Shown in pieces: positions 19,005 to 27,928 of a stretch of 64,000 bases of DNA. Below the pieces are notes generated by a model that did no database searches, was not told the DNA's origin, and was given only the letters and a program-made list of their open reading frames with translations. How positions within the stretch are numbered: the stretch's first letter is position 1; each line of letters opens with the position of its first letter. The stretch is from Bacteroidota bacterium (GTDB taxonomy: Bacteria; Bacteroidota; Ignavibacteria; UBA10030; UBA8401). The position numbers and the translations under genes are program-made. Location of the stretch: contig JAGVPT010000185.1 of NCBI GenBank assembly GCA_020052095.1, forward strand, positions 4,769-68,768, in the 5' to 3' direction.

Positions 19005-19424
19005 GTGGTGATGGACTTGTCTTTTCTGCCAACCGTGAACGCTTTCTTGAATGGACTGACCGGCGCATTGCTGTTAGTTGGTTATTTTTTTATTCGAAAA
19101 GGGAACCGATCCATACACAAAAGAGTGATGCTGACTGCTTTCTCAACCTCAATCTTGTTCTTAATCTCCTACCTTTACTATCACGCTCACGTCGGATCCA
19201 TCCCCTTCAAAGGAACAGGCGTGGCGCGTCCCGTTTACTTTACAATTCTCGTCTCACATTCGATTCTTGCGGCAGTAATTGTGCCCATGGCAATCGTCAC
19301 GCTATCTCGCGCATTGTCATCCCGATTTGACAAACACAAAAAACTCGCTCGCTGGACGCTCCCAATTTGGCTTTACGTGTCGGTGACAGGAGTGACAGTA
19401 TATGTGATGCTGTATCATCTGTGA
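19005..19424 (+). CDS. DUF420 family membrane protein (oxidase-associated)
   Basis: LPTVNAFLN, HKRVM, FLISYLYYH, HKKLARWTLPIWLYVSVTGV. Confidence 0.9.
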   Translation: MVMDLSFLPTVNAFLNGLTGALLLVGYFFIRKGNRSIHKRVMLTAFSTSILFLISYLYYHAHVGSIPFKGTGVARPVYFTILVSHSILAAVIVPMAIVTLSRALSSRFDKHKKLARWTLPIWLYVSVTGVTVYVMLYHL

Positions 19425-19537
19425 AGAACAGACTTAGGTGGACTGAGGGGCCGGAAATGAAAAAGGCTGGTCCCGACGTGGTCGGGATCAGCCTTTGTAT
19501 TGTACGAGCGGTGATGGCGCCGGAGAGATCCGGCCGG

Positions 19538-20368
19538 TTAACCGATATGCAATACAATTTCCGTCAATAGTCTTGTAAAATTGTGCTTCACTCTGTTGGC
19601 GACTTCAGTGACCTCGGCATGGTTTAGCTTGTTACTGCTTAATCCGGTCGCCAAATTGGTGACGCAGGAAATTCCAAGCACCTCCATTCCATAATTCGCG
19701 GCGACGATTACCTCGGGAACGGTGGACATACCGACGGCATCTGCGCCGAAGTTTGCCATCATGCGGATCTCCGCTGCCGATTCGTACATCGGCCCCTTCG
19801 TCCAACAATAGACTCCTTCCTTAAACGGAATGTTGTTTTCGAGCGCAATCGATTGTGCCTTTAAAAGCAATTCATGACTGAATGGGGATCGCCCTCTACC
19901 GGTCTCGTTCGTTTTCCTTCCGATGAGAGGACTTTCAAATGTTGCATTGATGTAATCTTTTATGAACATCAAATCGCCAGGCGAAAGCTGTGGGTTAATT
20001 CCCCCGGCGGCGTTAGTCACAATGATTGTTTTGATGCCGATACGATGTGCGACTTCGATGGGATAGACGACGATATCGTTGTCGTTACTTTCATACAAAT
20101 GAATCCGACCTTGAAACACCATCAGATCGGCCGATGTGCCACTCCCCGATCGGATTTTGCCGAAGAGAATCTTACCGGCATGACCTTCAACTGATGAAAT
20201 TGGGTAATGCGGAATGTTTTTTGTGTCGATCGAAATCTTGCCGATGAGTTGGTTGCCGAAATCCCCGAGGCCCGAACCAAGCACAACGCTGATTGTAGGC
20301 TGCGTCGATATTTTTGATTTGATGTATTCGACGGAAGCGTTGATATGCGATTGATAATCGACGTTCAT
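19538..20368 (-). CDS. punA: Purine-nucleoside phosphorylase (trimeric type)
   Basis: VLGSGLG, GHAG, QGRIHLYE, TNAAGG and GADAVGMSTVPE. Confidence 0.93.
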   Translation of the reverse strand: MNVDYQSHINASVEYIKSKISTQPTISVVLGSGLGDFGNQLIGKISIDTKNIPHYPISSVEGHAGKILFGKIRSGSGTSADLMVFQGRIHLYESNDNDIVVYPIEVAHRIGIKTIIVTNAAGGINPQLSPGDLMFIKDYINATFESPLIGRKTNETGRGRSPFSHELLLKAQSIALENNIPFKEGVYCWTKGPMYESAAEIRMMANFGADAVGMSTVPEVIVAANYGMEVLGISCVTNLATGLSSNKLNHAEVTEVANRVKHNFTRLLTEIVLHIG

Positions 20369-20369
20369 C

Positions 20370-21722
20370 TTATGAGCCTACCAAGATGCCGGCAATAGTT
20401 GCGGTCATTAAAGTGGCCAAACTCCCACCAAGCACGGCGCGGAGTCCGAGGGAGGCGATGTCTTTCTTCCGCTCAGGCGCGAGGGGGCCGATTCCGCCGA
20501 TCTGAATCGCGATGGAGGAAAAATTCGCAAAACCGCAAAGAGCATAGGTTGCCATCATCACTCCCTTTTCACTCATTGCATTTGCTTTTAGAAGGGAAGC
20601 GAGATCGAGATATGCGACGAATTCATTAAGGACAATCTTTGTTCCGAACAAGCTGCCGAAGTGCATGGCATCCGCCCATGGAACGCCGATGCCAACCGCA
20701 AGATATCGCAAGACAAGTCCGAAAATGAGTTGCAGTGAAAGGGGCGCTCCATAATTCGCCTGTAACATTCCGTTCACGTGAAGAAGGTCGCCGACGGCAA
20801 GAAAGAGGTAATTGAAGAGGGCAATGAGCGCGATGAAGGCGAGAAGCATGCCGGCGACGTTGAGCGACAATTGCAGTCCATCTCCTGCGCCGGTTGCAGC
20901 GGCCTCAATCACGTTGGATGCATTTTTTGGAATGTCGAGTTTCACGGTCCCCCTCGTAACCGGCTCGCCTACCTCGGGATAAATTATTTTTGAAATCGCA
21001 AGCGAGGCGGGAGCCGCCATCGTGCTTGCGGCGAGTAACTGCACCGCAAATTTTAATTGTGCCTCCGCCAATGGAATATGGTGCGCCTCGGCAAACGACT
21101 GTCCCAGCATTTGAATGTACCCTGCCATGACGCCGCCGGCGATCGTTGCCATTCCACCGACCATAATGGTGAGGATTTCTGAATTTGTCATTTTCCCTAT
21201 ATACGGACGAATGAACAACGGTGCTTCCGTCTGTCCGACGAAGATATTTGCCGTATTGGAAAGGGATTCAGCTCCGCTCGTTCCCATCGACTTTGCCATG
21301 ACCCATGCCATACCCTTCACAACCAATTGAAGTATCCCCAGATAGTACAGAATCGAAGTAAGTGACGATACGAAAATGATTGTGGGGAGGACTTGAAATG
21401 CAAAAAAGAAGCCAATGCTATCGGGACCAGAATTGATCGCGAGTTTCCCAAAAACGAACTCCGACCCCTTCGTCGTGAATCCGAGCAGGCTTACTACAGC
21501 GCCGCCAAGCCAGTCCACGCTGTCCTTCAACCATCCAAGCGGAAAGAACCATGAACGAAGCGTCTCGCTATGAATGATCAGGATGGCAAAACCGAGCTGT
21601 ATACCCAAGCCGGTGGCCACCAGACGCCAATTTACTCTCCTCTTATTGTTCGAAAAAAGAAAGGCGATTCCAATCAGCAGGATGATTCCTAGAATTCCAC
21701 GAAGCACGGAGATCATATCCAT
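20370..21722 (-). CDS. nupC: Concentrative nucleoside transporter (CNT/NupC family)
   Basis: FAFQVLPTIIF, NIFVGQTEAPL, GMATIAGGV, NEFVAY and CGFANFSSIAIQIGG. Confidence 0.93.
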   Translation of the reverse strand: MDMISVLRGILGIILLIGIAFLFSNNKRRVNWRLVATGLGIQLGFAILIIHSETLRSWFFPLGWLKDSVDWLGGAVVSLLGFTTKGSEFVFGKLAINSGPDSIGFFFAFQVLPTIIFVSSLTSILYYLGILQLVVKGMAWVMAKSMGTSGAESLSNTANIFVGQTEAPLFIRPYIGKMTNSEILTIMVGGMATIAGGVMAGYIQMLGQSFAEAHHIPLAEAQLKFAVQLLAASTMAAPASLAISKIIYPEVGEPVTRGTVKLDIPKNASNVIEAAATGAGDGLQLSLNVAGMLLAFIALIALFNYLFLAVGDLLHVNGMLQANYGAPLSLQLIFGLVLRYLAVGIGVPWADAMHFGSLFGTKIVLNEFVAYLDLASLLKANAMSEKGVMMATYALCGFANFSSIAIQIGGIGPLAPERKKDIASLGLRAVLGGSLATLMTATIAGILVGS

Positions 21723-21759
21723 CGTTTATCTCTTCTTCATTTAGTGAAAAAGCTACGAG

Positions 21760-22332
21760 CTATTCTTTGGGAGGTCTGAAACAGAGACGGCAGCGCGCCT
21801 CGTAGAGATCTTTCGCGCCGACCACGACGCGTTCGTGAGAATCGGATGTTCGCTGGGTACGGTCTGCCGGGTTTCCACATACGACACAGATGGCGAGCGT
21901 CTTGGTGATGTACTCGGCAACGGCAAGAAGCTGCGGCATTGGCTCGAAAGGCTTGCCTCGATAATCTTGGTCAAGCCCCGCGACGATAACTCGCTTACCT
22001 TCATTCGCCAGTTGCTCGCAGACGTCAACAATTTTCGCACTGAAGAATTGTCCTTCATCCACGCCGATGACCTGCGCTTCGGAGGAAAGCGCTAGAATCT
22101 CTTCGGCTGTTTCAACGACTGTAGAAATGAGCGATTGTTCGCTATGCGAGACTATGTGATTCGAGCTGTACCGATTGTCTATGCGGGGTTTGAAGATTAT
22201 CACTTTCTGTCGGGCGATCTGTGCGCGCCGCATCCGGCGAATTAATTCCTCAGTCTTGCCGCTGAACATACATCCGGCGATGACTTCGATCCATCCTGTG
22301 TTTTTCGGGTTGGAATGAAGGGTTGTTTCCAT
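21760..22332 (-). CDS. tdk: Thymidine kinase
   Basis: [18 protein letters not shown] and CVVC...YEARCRLC; start set at ATG 22332. Confidence 0.95.
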   Translation of the reverse strand: METTLHSNPKNTGWIEVIAGCMFSGKTEELIRRMRRAQIARQKVIIFKPRIDNRYSSNHIVSHSEQSLISTVVETAEEILALSSEAQVIGVDEGQFFSAKIVDVCEQLANEGKRVIVAGLDQDYRGKPFEPMPQLLAVAEYITKTLAICVVCGNPADRTQRTSDSHERVVVGAKDLYEARCRLCFRPPKE

Positions 22333-22450
22333 TAAGGGGAGTGGATTCTGGTGATATTGACGGTGATTTCCGTGAAAAATATAGAAAAATGGACTCGGAA
22401 AAGCAAGGGAAGGCTGGTGCCTCATCTTGGAGGACTTGCAGCAGTGAACC

Positions 22451-22483
22451 AGCTATCCGATTGCTGCGAGCAATCGGATAGCT
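22451..22483. repeat. 33-bp palindromic REP-like element, copy 2
   Basis: AGCTATCCGATTGCT-GCG-AGCAATCGGATAGCT followed by CGAAACTGCACCACTGCC. Confidence 0.85.
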
Positions 22484-22582
22484 CGAAACTGCACCACTGC
22501 CAAGGAAGGCGTTCGATGTGTTGTGTCTCTGTTGTCCTTGAAGAGGGAGAGTCTCGTTGGTGAACTCCATTTTCTCGTTAAG

Positions 22583-22765
22583 CACCACCCCTTAGTCTCC
22601 TCCTCAATGAGGAAGGGCAGGCCCGGCCTGTCCGCTCAACGAGTCGTCTACGACCCTAAGGGTCGGTAGAGCTCAACGAGTCGAGTCGTCGACCGTAGGG
22701 AGTCTTCGACCGTCTTTTTGGCGGACCTGTCCGCCGTCTTTTTGGCGGAAGCGCCAGGGGTGGTG
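22583..22765. repeat. Composite nested hairpin repeat C
   Basis: Flanked by CACCACCCCT/AGGGGTGGTG; contains the reverse complement of the 18.75-18.85 kb module and a duplicated CCGTCTTTTTGGCGGA. Confidence 0.72.
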
Positions 22766-22840
22766 GCAAACAATCCCGCTAGAAGTGTCTCACTTTCCTT
22801 GGGACACGGAGAGCTTCATTGTTGGCTCCCATCGGCAAGC

Positions 22841-24073
22841 TTACTGTAGTGTAATTTTTGTGATTTCCGGCGGGCAATTCACACGGAAGGGGACACCGAC
22901 GGTTCCGATCCCCCGTGTAACATACATTTGGGCATTGTTAAATTTATAGAGTCCCCAAACGTATTTGGAAAATAACGTCGCCGGCGAGATGTACGTGTTG
23001 CCGATCTTCGCAAAAACAACCTGCCCACCGTGTGTATGTCCGGCGAGGGTTAGGTCGATGTTATGTCCGGCGATCGTCTCGAGAAAGTACGGTTTGTGGC
23101 AGAGTAGGATCTTTGGGTTGGAATTCTGGACCGATGATAGCGCGCGGGCAAGATATGTTTCGGGTTTGCCGCTCATCGGAATATCGTCGACCCCAATCAC
23201 GTTAATGAATGAATTTCCTTTGTGAATCTTGACTGCACCGTCCCGCAAAAGCTTGACGCCGCAAGCATCGACTTCTTTTGCCACAACATCCACATCGGCA
23301 AAGTAATCGTGGTTGCCAAGACAGCCGTAGATTCCGTACGGCGCACGTAGGGCGGAAAACGCTTCCGCGAATGGATAGACTTCCTCAGTCTGACTGTTGA
23401 CGAAATCCCCCGGTACGAAAATTATATCGGTTTTCAGATTATTGAGGGCGGCAACATAGTCATCCATCTCCGGCTTTGTCATGAACACGCTGGAATGAAT
23501 GTCGCTCATCAATCCAACAGTGAATCCCTTGAATTCATCCGGCAGATTAGCGATTTGCACGGTCTTTTCAATGATGTCATATTCGTCTCGGTCGATTACT
23601 CCTTTTGCAGCGCCGATAAAGGAATATGCAGACAACGCCACTGCGCCTGTTTTCAAGAAGACACGACGCGACTTGTCAAAATGTTCGTATCCCGGTGTCG
23701 ATTTCATTGCAATAATTTTTCGCTGAAGTGGATGATTGAGTTTTCCTAGCTGATAGATCATGTCAAAGGGAAGTTTGAGAATTCTCAGAATTCCCAGCGC
23801 CAAAAAAATAAAAAAAGTCGCACCATGCCACACATAAAAAGGCAAAACGGCCGCGTAGAGAAAAGGCTTCGAGAACTCAGTCAAGAAGACGCGATGAAAG
23901 AGGAGAACCAGGAGCGGCGCGTTGAACAGAAGGAAAAGAAACGACACAAGGCGCGAAGTCCACGGAGGGATTTTTCCATTGCTCTTGATCGACGAAAGGG
24001 AGCGCTTGTGCAAATACCATTGAATTAGTGTAACCAATATTTGAAAAATGAAAAATCCCGTCGTTCGGTTCAT
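22841..24073 (-). CDS. Membrane-anchored metallophosphoesterase (YkuE/YaeI-like)
   Basis: SDIH, GDFVN, GNHD, LLCHKP and GHTHGGQ motifs; N-terminal TM helices. Confidence 0.92.
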   Translation of the reverse strand: MNRTTGFFIFQILVTLIQWYLHKRSLSSIKSNGKIPPWTSRLVSFLFLLFNAPLLVLLFHRVFLTEFSKPFLYAAVLPFYVWHGATFFIFLALGILRILKLPFDMIYQLGKLNHPLQRKIIAMKSTPGYEHFDKSRRVFLKTGAVALSAYSFIGAAKGVIDRDEYDIIEKTVQIANLPDEFKGFTVGLMSDIHSSVFMTKPEMDDYVAALNNLKTDIIFVPGDFVNSQTEEVYPFAEAFSALRAPYGIYGCLGNHDYFADVDVVAKEVDACGVKLLRDGAVKIHKGNSFINVIGVDDIPMSGKPETYLARALSSVQNSNPKILLCHKPYFLETIAGHNIDLTLAGHTHGGQVVFAKIGNTYISPATLFSKYVWGLYKFNNAQMYVTRGIGTVGVPFRVNCPPEITKITLQ

Positions 24074-24252
24074 CGATATCCGATGTTGGTGAATGCCCCA
24101 TAAATCCCTGCGAGAATACGTATGATCTTAGAGCGGGGGACTTTGAATAGATTGACGTTCTTTTGCAAAAGGGATTGTATAATATAACGATTTTCCCAGA
24201 AATTTGATGCATTCATCTCTATAAGGTAATGCCGCATTTGCAGCGGGCAAGA

Positions 24253-24285
24253 AACTGTCCGATTGCTGAGAGCAATCGGATAGCT
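24253..24285. repeat. 33-bp palindromic REP-like element, copy 3 (2 mismatches)
   Basis: AACTGTCCGATTGCT-GAG-AGCAATCGGATAGCT followed by CGAAACTGTACCGCTGCC. Confidence 0.8.
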
Positions 24286-24473
24286 CGAAACTGTACCGCT
24301 GCCCTCTATGAAGAATCACCGATTTCATTGATTCTATTGAATAACAACCCGACGAAACCTATAATTCCGATCCCGAAAATAATCCTTGATTTTCGGGGAC
24401 GGTTTTGCTATTTTTGTTTCAGTTCAGACGCCCAAAGACACGGGCTTTTTTGGTTTGAGAGGAGTAAGATATT

Positions 24474-24815
24474 ATGTATTCGTTCCTGTTAGCAATTGAG
24501 ATCATTGTCAGTATTCTTCTAATAATAGTAATTCTGATGCAAAACAGTAAGGGGGGAGGTCTGGCAGGTTCTTTGGGAGGCGGAAATTTTGGGACAGTAT
24601 TTGGTGTGCGACGCACCGCAGATTTTCTGACACGTGCTACAACAATACTGGCAACAACGTTCATAGCCCTGGCTTTGATCATCAACATCTTCTACTTACC
24701 TGGAAAAGGTGCTTCATCCAAGGAAAGCGTGATCCAGAGCGGCCAGACAACTGTGCCGCCGGCACAATTGCCACCGCAAACTCAACCATCGCCCACAAAT
24801 TCGCCCCAAAAATAG
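24474..24815 (+). CDS. secG: Preprotein translocase subunit SecG
   Basis: ILMQNSKGGGLAGSLGG...FLTRATTIL; followed by a tRNA, as is typical. Confidence 0.95.
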   Translation: MYSFLLAIEIIVSILLIIVILMQNSKGGGLAGSLGGGNFGTVFGVRRTADFLTRATTILATTFIALALIINIFYLPGKGASSKESVIQSGQTTVPPAQLPPQTQPSPTNSPQK

Positions 24816-24831
24816 GCCTTAGGTTGTCCAA

Positions 24832-24904
24832 GCACCCATGGCTCAATTGGTAGAGCAACTGACTCTTAATCAGTGGGTTCCAGGTTCGAGTCCTGGTGGG
24901 TGCA
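24832..24904 (+). tRNA. tRNA-Lys (anticodon CTT)
   Basis: GCACCCA/TGGGTGC acceptor stem, CTGA-CTCTTAA-TCAG anticodon arm and GTTCGAG T-loop; CCA not encoded. Confidence 0.95.
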
Positions 24905-24913
24905 CAGAAAAAT

Positions 24914-24936
24914 GTCCGCAAAAGCGGACTTTTTTT
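24914..24936 (+). terminator. Rho-independent terminator after secG-tRNA-Lys
   Basis: GTCCGC-AAAA-GCGGAC followed by T7. Confidence 0.8.
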
Positions 24937-25017
24937 ATAAATAGGCCGATAATTCACCCATCGACTAGTCTTTTTTGCCGGATTGACCGTTTTTCTCGCT
25001 AATTGGCTGTTTTCTTC

Positions 25018-25045
25018 TTGACAAATCTAAAAATTCTGTTATATT
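25018..25045 (+). promoter_or_regulatory. sigma70-type promoter of the motor-like operon
   Basis: TTGACA, N16, TATATT, with an extended -10 TG at 25037-25038. Confidence 0.6.
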
Positions 25046-25183
25046 ACTGCCAATTACACGATAGTATGCAAGCAGTATTTAAGTTGTTTGCGGTAATTTC
25101 TTCTAGAACGTAATGCTGGTTTTTGGGATTGTGCCGCAGGGTATTCTAAAAACTCATACACTCACAATGCGCAGACAAACATT

Positions 25184-26308
25184 ATGCACTCCCGGTCCAA
25201 TTATCTTTTTGTAATTGGTTTCATCGTCATTTCCAGTGTTTTACTCCCCGTTGTAGCCGGAGCCCAGCAGCAACCCCAAGATCAAGCAGCACTCGCAACA
25301 AAAATTCCTGTTACGGAGAACTCCGCCCTTATCTCAATATTCCCAAAATTTGAAATAGCGGTCGATACTGCACTCGCATCAATGTCACAAGCAGCCCGGG
25401 AAGTCAGCCCTAGCATCAGAACCTTGTTGGTGTACAAATTGAAAGTGCGATGGCCGTTTAAGGAGGAATTGCGGTATTCGGAAATTCAGTTCCTCTCCAG
25501 CTACTTTGAACAGAAGTTGAAGAATGCTCTCACCCGCGATCGGAGATTTGCAGCAGTGGGGGCACAGGATCTAAAGACCCTTTCATTTAAAGCGACCGAC
25601 AGTTCTCTTCAAGTGAAGAATACGTACTCAGAAGATGAAATCCGCAACTATGCAAGAGCCCATAGTGTCGACGGCATTGTGTCTGCAGATGTTTTGATTT
25701 CTTCGAATCAGATCCTAATGTTTGTTAGCATCAATGATCTGAATGGTGTGACGGTATGGAGCAAGGAATTGAAAGCGGAATACCGGGTTCTCCCCACCGA
25801 TCCCGCAGCGGAACTTGCCAACCAATATGCGCTGAAAAGAAAAACCGGATTGATCGAAAATTATTTAACTGTTGGATTCCAACTTGGGACACCCTACAGG
25901 TTGGGTCAAAAAGATTCTGCGGGGAGTGTCGGCTTTTATTCGGTAGGATATCGCCTCAACGAAATGGCGACCATTTTGGATTTTCTCAAATTCTATATCG
26001 ATTCACGATTGATCGGCACCTCGAAACTTGGGCTTATGGGAATAATTGTACAGCCGGGATTTTCTTTCGAAATCATCGGCGATGAACAAATCGGTCCGGG
26101 GATATTAATGCTTGACCTTGGAGGTGGCTTCGACCTCTCGTTCAAGAATGGGGGAATTGCCGAATCCTACTACGGGGGATTATCGTTGCGTTTGAGCAGA
26201 AACGTCGGGATAACAGGATTCTATAACGGCATTGCAATCAAGGATAGCTTCGACAGTTATGACTTAGGTGGTCCGGTGTACGGAATGCAAGTGAACTTCG
26301 TTTTATAA
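25184..26308 (+). CDS. Secreted protein: putative CsgG/FlgO/TolB-N-like alpha/beta domain plus C-terminal outer-membrane beta-barrel
   Basis: Signal peptide; amphipathic beta-strand pattern in the C-terminal half (YSVGYRL, GFSFEI, YGGLSLRL, YGMQVNFVL). Confidence 0.6.
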   Translation: MHSRSNYLFVIGFIVISSVLLPVVAGAQQQPQDQAALATKIPVTENSALISIFPKFEIAVDTALASMSQAAREVSPSIRTLLVYKLKVRWPFKEELRYSEIQFLSSYFEQKLKNALTRDRRFAAVGAQDLKTLSFKATDSSLQVKNTYSEDEIRNYARAHSVDGIVSADVLISSNQILMFVSINDLNGVTVWSKELKAEYRVLPTDPAAELANQYALKRKTGLIENYLTVGFQLGTPYRLGQKDSAGSVGFYSVGYRLNEMATILDFLKFYIDSRLIGTSKLGLMGIIVQPGFSFEIIGDEQIGPGILMLDLGGGFDLSFKNGGIAESYYGGLSLRLSRNVGITGFYNGIAIKDSFDSYDLGGPVYGMQVNFVL

Positions 26309-26327
26309 CAGAGATCAGGATTACACA

Positions 26328-27056
26328 ATGAATAGATTGTTAGGTATTCTGGTCGTTGGCGGGTTGATGTCAACGTACTGTTTATCGCAGGATAACGCGG
26401 CGGCGACAGACACAACCGTTCGATCGGAAGCAAAGCCCTCCAACACGCAACAACAGAAAGAAAGTTATCAGCAGAGAGAGAGTGGCACGCCATCGGCCCC
26501 GGCATCGGTGAAGTTGAATACGCCTACGCTTAACATGGACGTGTTGCTCGACCTCTACAACAAAGACATCGATTTTACGATTGACTATTCGGGTCAAGCC
26601 TTGAAGCAGCCCAGACAAGGTACGGCGGGAGAGGGTGAGGAGGGAAAACCTCAGACGGCTAAACAGAAGAAGCGGGCAGCAGAAGTGACCGAAGATCTGT
26701 TGAAACCGCGTGAAGAGGACCTTTCCACCGATATCCAAGATATTGTCGACACGTCAAGGGCAAGAAAGAAGCAAGCGAAGCAGGGGACCTATACAAAGGA
26801 GGACGCTGACTATAATAAAGCGCTCTTCAACCTTCAAGAAGCTCAGAAACTTTTCTCGGAACGGCGTTACCCGCAGGCTCTTGTGGAAATAAATAAGTCC
26901 GTCGATTCGGCCCCGAACATGGCGTTGGCTTATGCAGTGCGCGGATCCATTTATTATATGTTGAGGCAATTTCAAGAAGCGAAATCAAGTTGGGAAAAGG
27001 CGCTCGAGCTTGACCCATCAATGGACAATGTGAGAGCAATTCTCTATCGAATGTAA
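26328..27056 (+). CDS. Secreted TPR-repeat protein
   Basis: Signal peptide, low-complexity middle, C-terminal TPRs (ALAYAVRGSIYYMLRQFQEAKSSWEKALELDP). Confidence 0.85.
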   Translation: MNRLLGILVVGGLMSTYCLSQDNAAATDTTVRSEAKPSNTQQQKESYQQRESGTPSAPASVKLNTPTLNMDVLLDLYNKDIDFTIDYSGQALKQPRQGTAGEGEEGKPQTAKQKKRAAEVTEDLLKPREEDLSTDIQDIVDTSRARKKQAKQGTYTKEDADYNKALFNLQEAQKLFSERRYPQALVEINKSVDSAPNMALAYAVRGSIYYMLRQFQEAKSSWEKALELDPSMDNVRAILYRM

Positions 27057-27074
27057 TTAATTGAAAGGTCCACA

Positions 27075-27923
27075 ATGAATTCAACCTTTATCGGATATAT
27101 TCTTTTCGGGATCGGTGCTTACATCCTCCTGATTATCGGTCAGGACACGGCGACGGTCGAGGCATTACAAAAAGGATATGTTCCAGAGTCCATGATCAAT
27201 TACATTCATATCCCGGGAATTATCTTTGTCGTTCTGGGAGTAAGCTCATCGATGCTCATCAGCTACAATTTCAGAGAGTTGATCGGAGCCGCTCGAGCCT
27301 TGTATTTCGTGTACATCAAGAACAAAATCAATTTTTCTATCTATCTGGACGCGATCAAGGATATCGCTCAGTACTCCAACACGCACGACATCGAATCGCT
27401 CGAGGAATATGCGAACCAAATCAAGTATCCATTCCTTCGAGACGGGGTTCTCATGCTCGTGAACGGCTATAAGAAGGAAGAGGTGAAGGAGATTCTCGTC
27501 TCACGCATTGAGAATGAAGCGCAACGAGAGCTGACCGATGTGAATATCTTTAAAGCTGCGGCACGCTACTCACCGGGCTATGGCATGTTGGGAACAACAG
27601 TCGGTTTGATCCAGATGTTTTCAACGAAGATCGATGCCGCTGCAGGATTTGGACCGATCCTGCAGGCTTTGGCGGTGGCCTTCACGACAACACTCTACGG
27701 ATTGTTACTTTCCAATTTTATTTTTGCACCATTCGCCGATAAGATCGAGAAACGGACGGACGAAGAGGCTCTCCTGAAGACCATGATCATCGAAGGATTA
27801 TGCCTCATAGTCGACAAGAAGCATCCTATATTCATCCAAGATAAATTAGGATCATATGTTCCCCAAAGCCGGGCACTGGCTGTTCCGGCGGTGACGCAAC
27901 TTTCGACTGAAGGCGGAGGCTAA
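27075..27923 (+). CDS. MotA/PomA/MotP-type stator A subunit
   Basis: PFLRDGVLMLVNG, SPGYGMLGTTVGLIQM, AVAFTTTLYG, NFIFAPFADK and MIIEGL...P..IQDKL. Confidence 0.9.
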   Translation: MNSTFIGYILFGIGAYILLIIGQDTATVEALQKGYVPESMINYIHIPGIIFVVLGVSSSMLISYNFRELIGAARALYFVYIKNKINFSIYLDAIKDIAQYSNTHDIESLEEYANQIKYPFLRDGVLMLVNGYKKEEVKEILVSRIENEAQRELTDVNIFKAAARYSPGYGMLGTTVGLIQMFSTKIDAAAGFGPILQALAVAFTTTLYGLLLSNFIFAPFADKIEKRTDEEALLKTMIIEGLCLIVDKKHPIFIQDKLGSYVPQSRALAVPAVTQLSTEGGG

Positions 27924-27928
27924 GAACA

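Noticed and set aside
23630..23680. Internal twin-arginine-like motif (SRRVFLK) in the metallophosphoesterase
   Set aside because: Common in this membrane-anchored YkuE-like family; not novel.
24682..24957. 91-aa minus-strand ORF
   Set aside because: Antisense to tRNA-Lys and secG; the translation is the typical tRNA shadow (…TRTWNPLIKSQLLYQLS).
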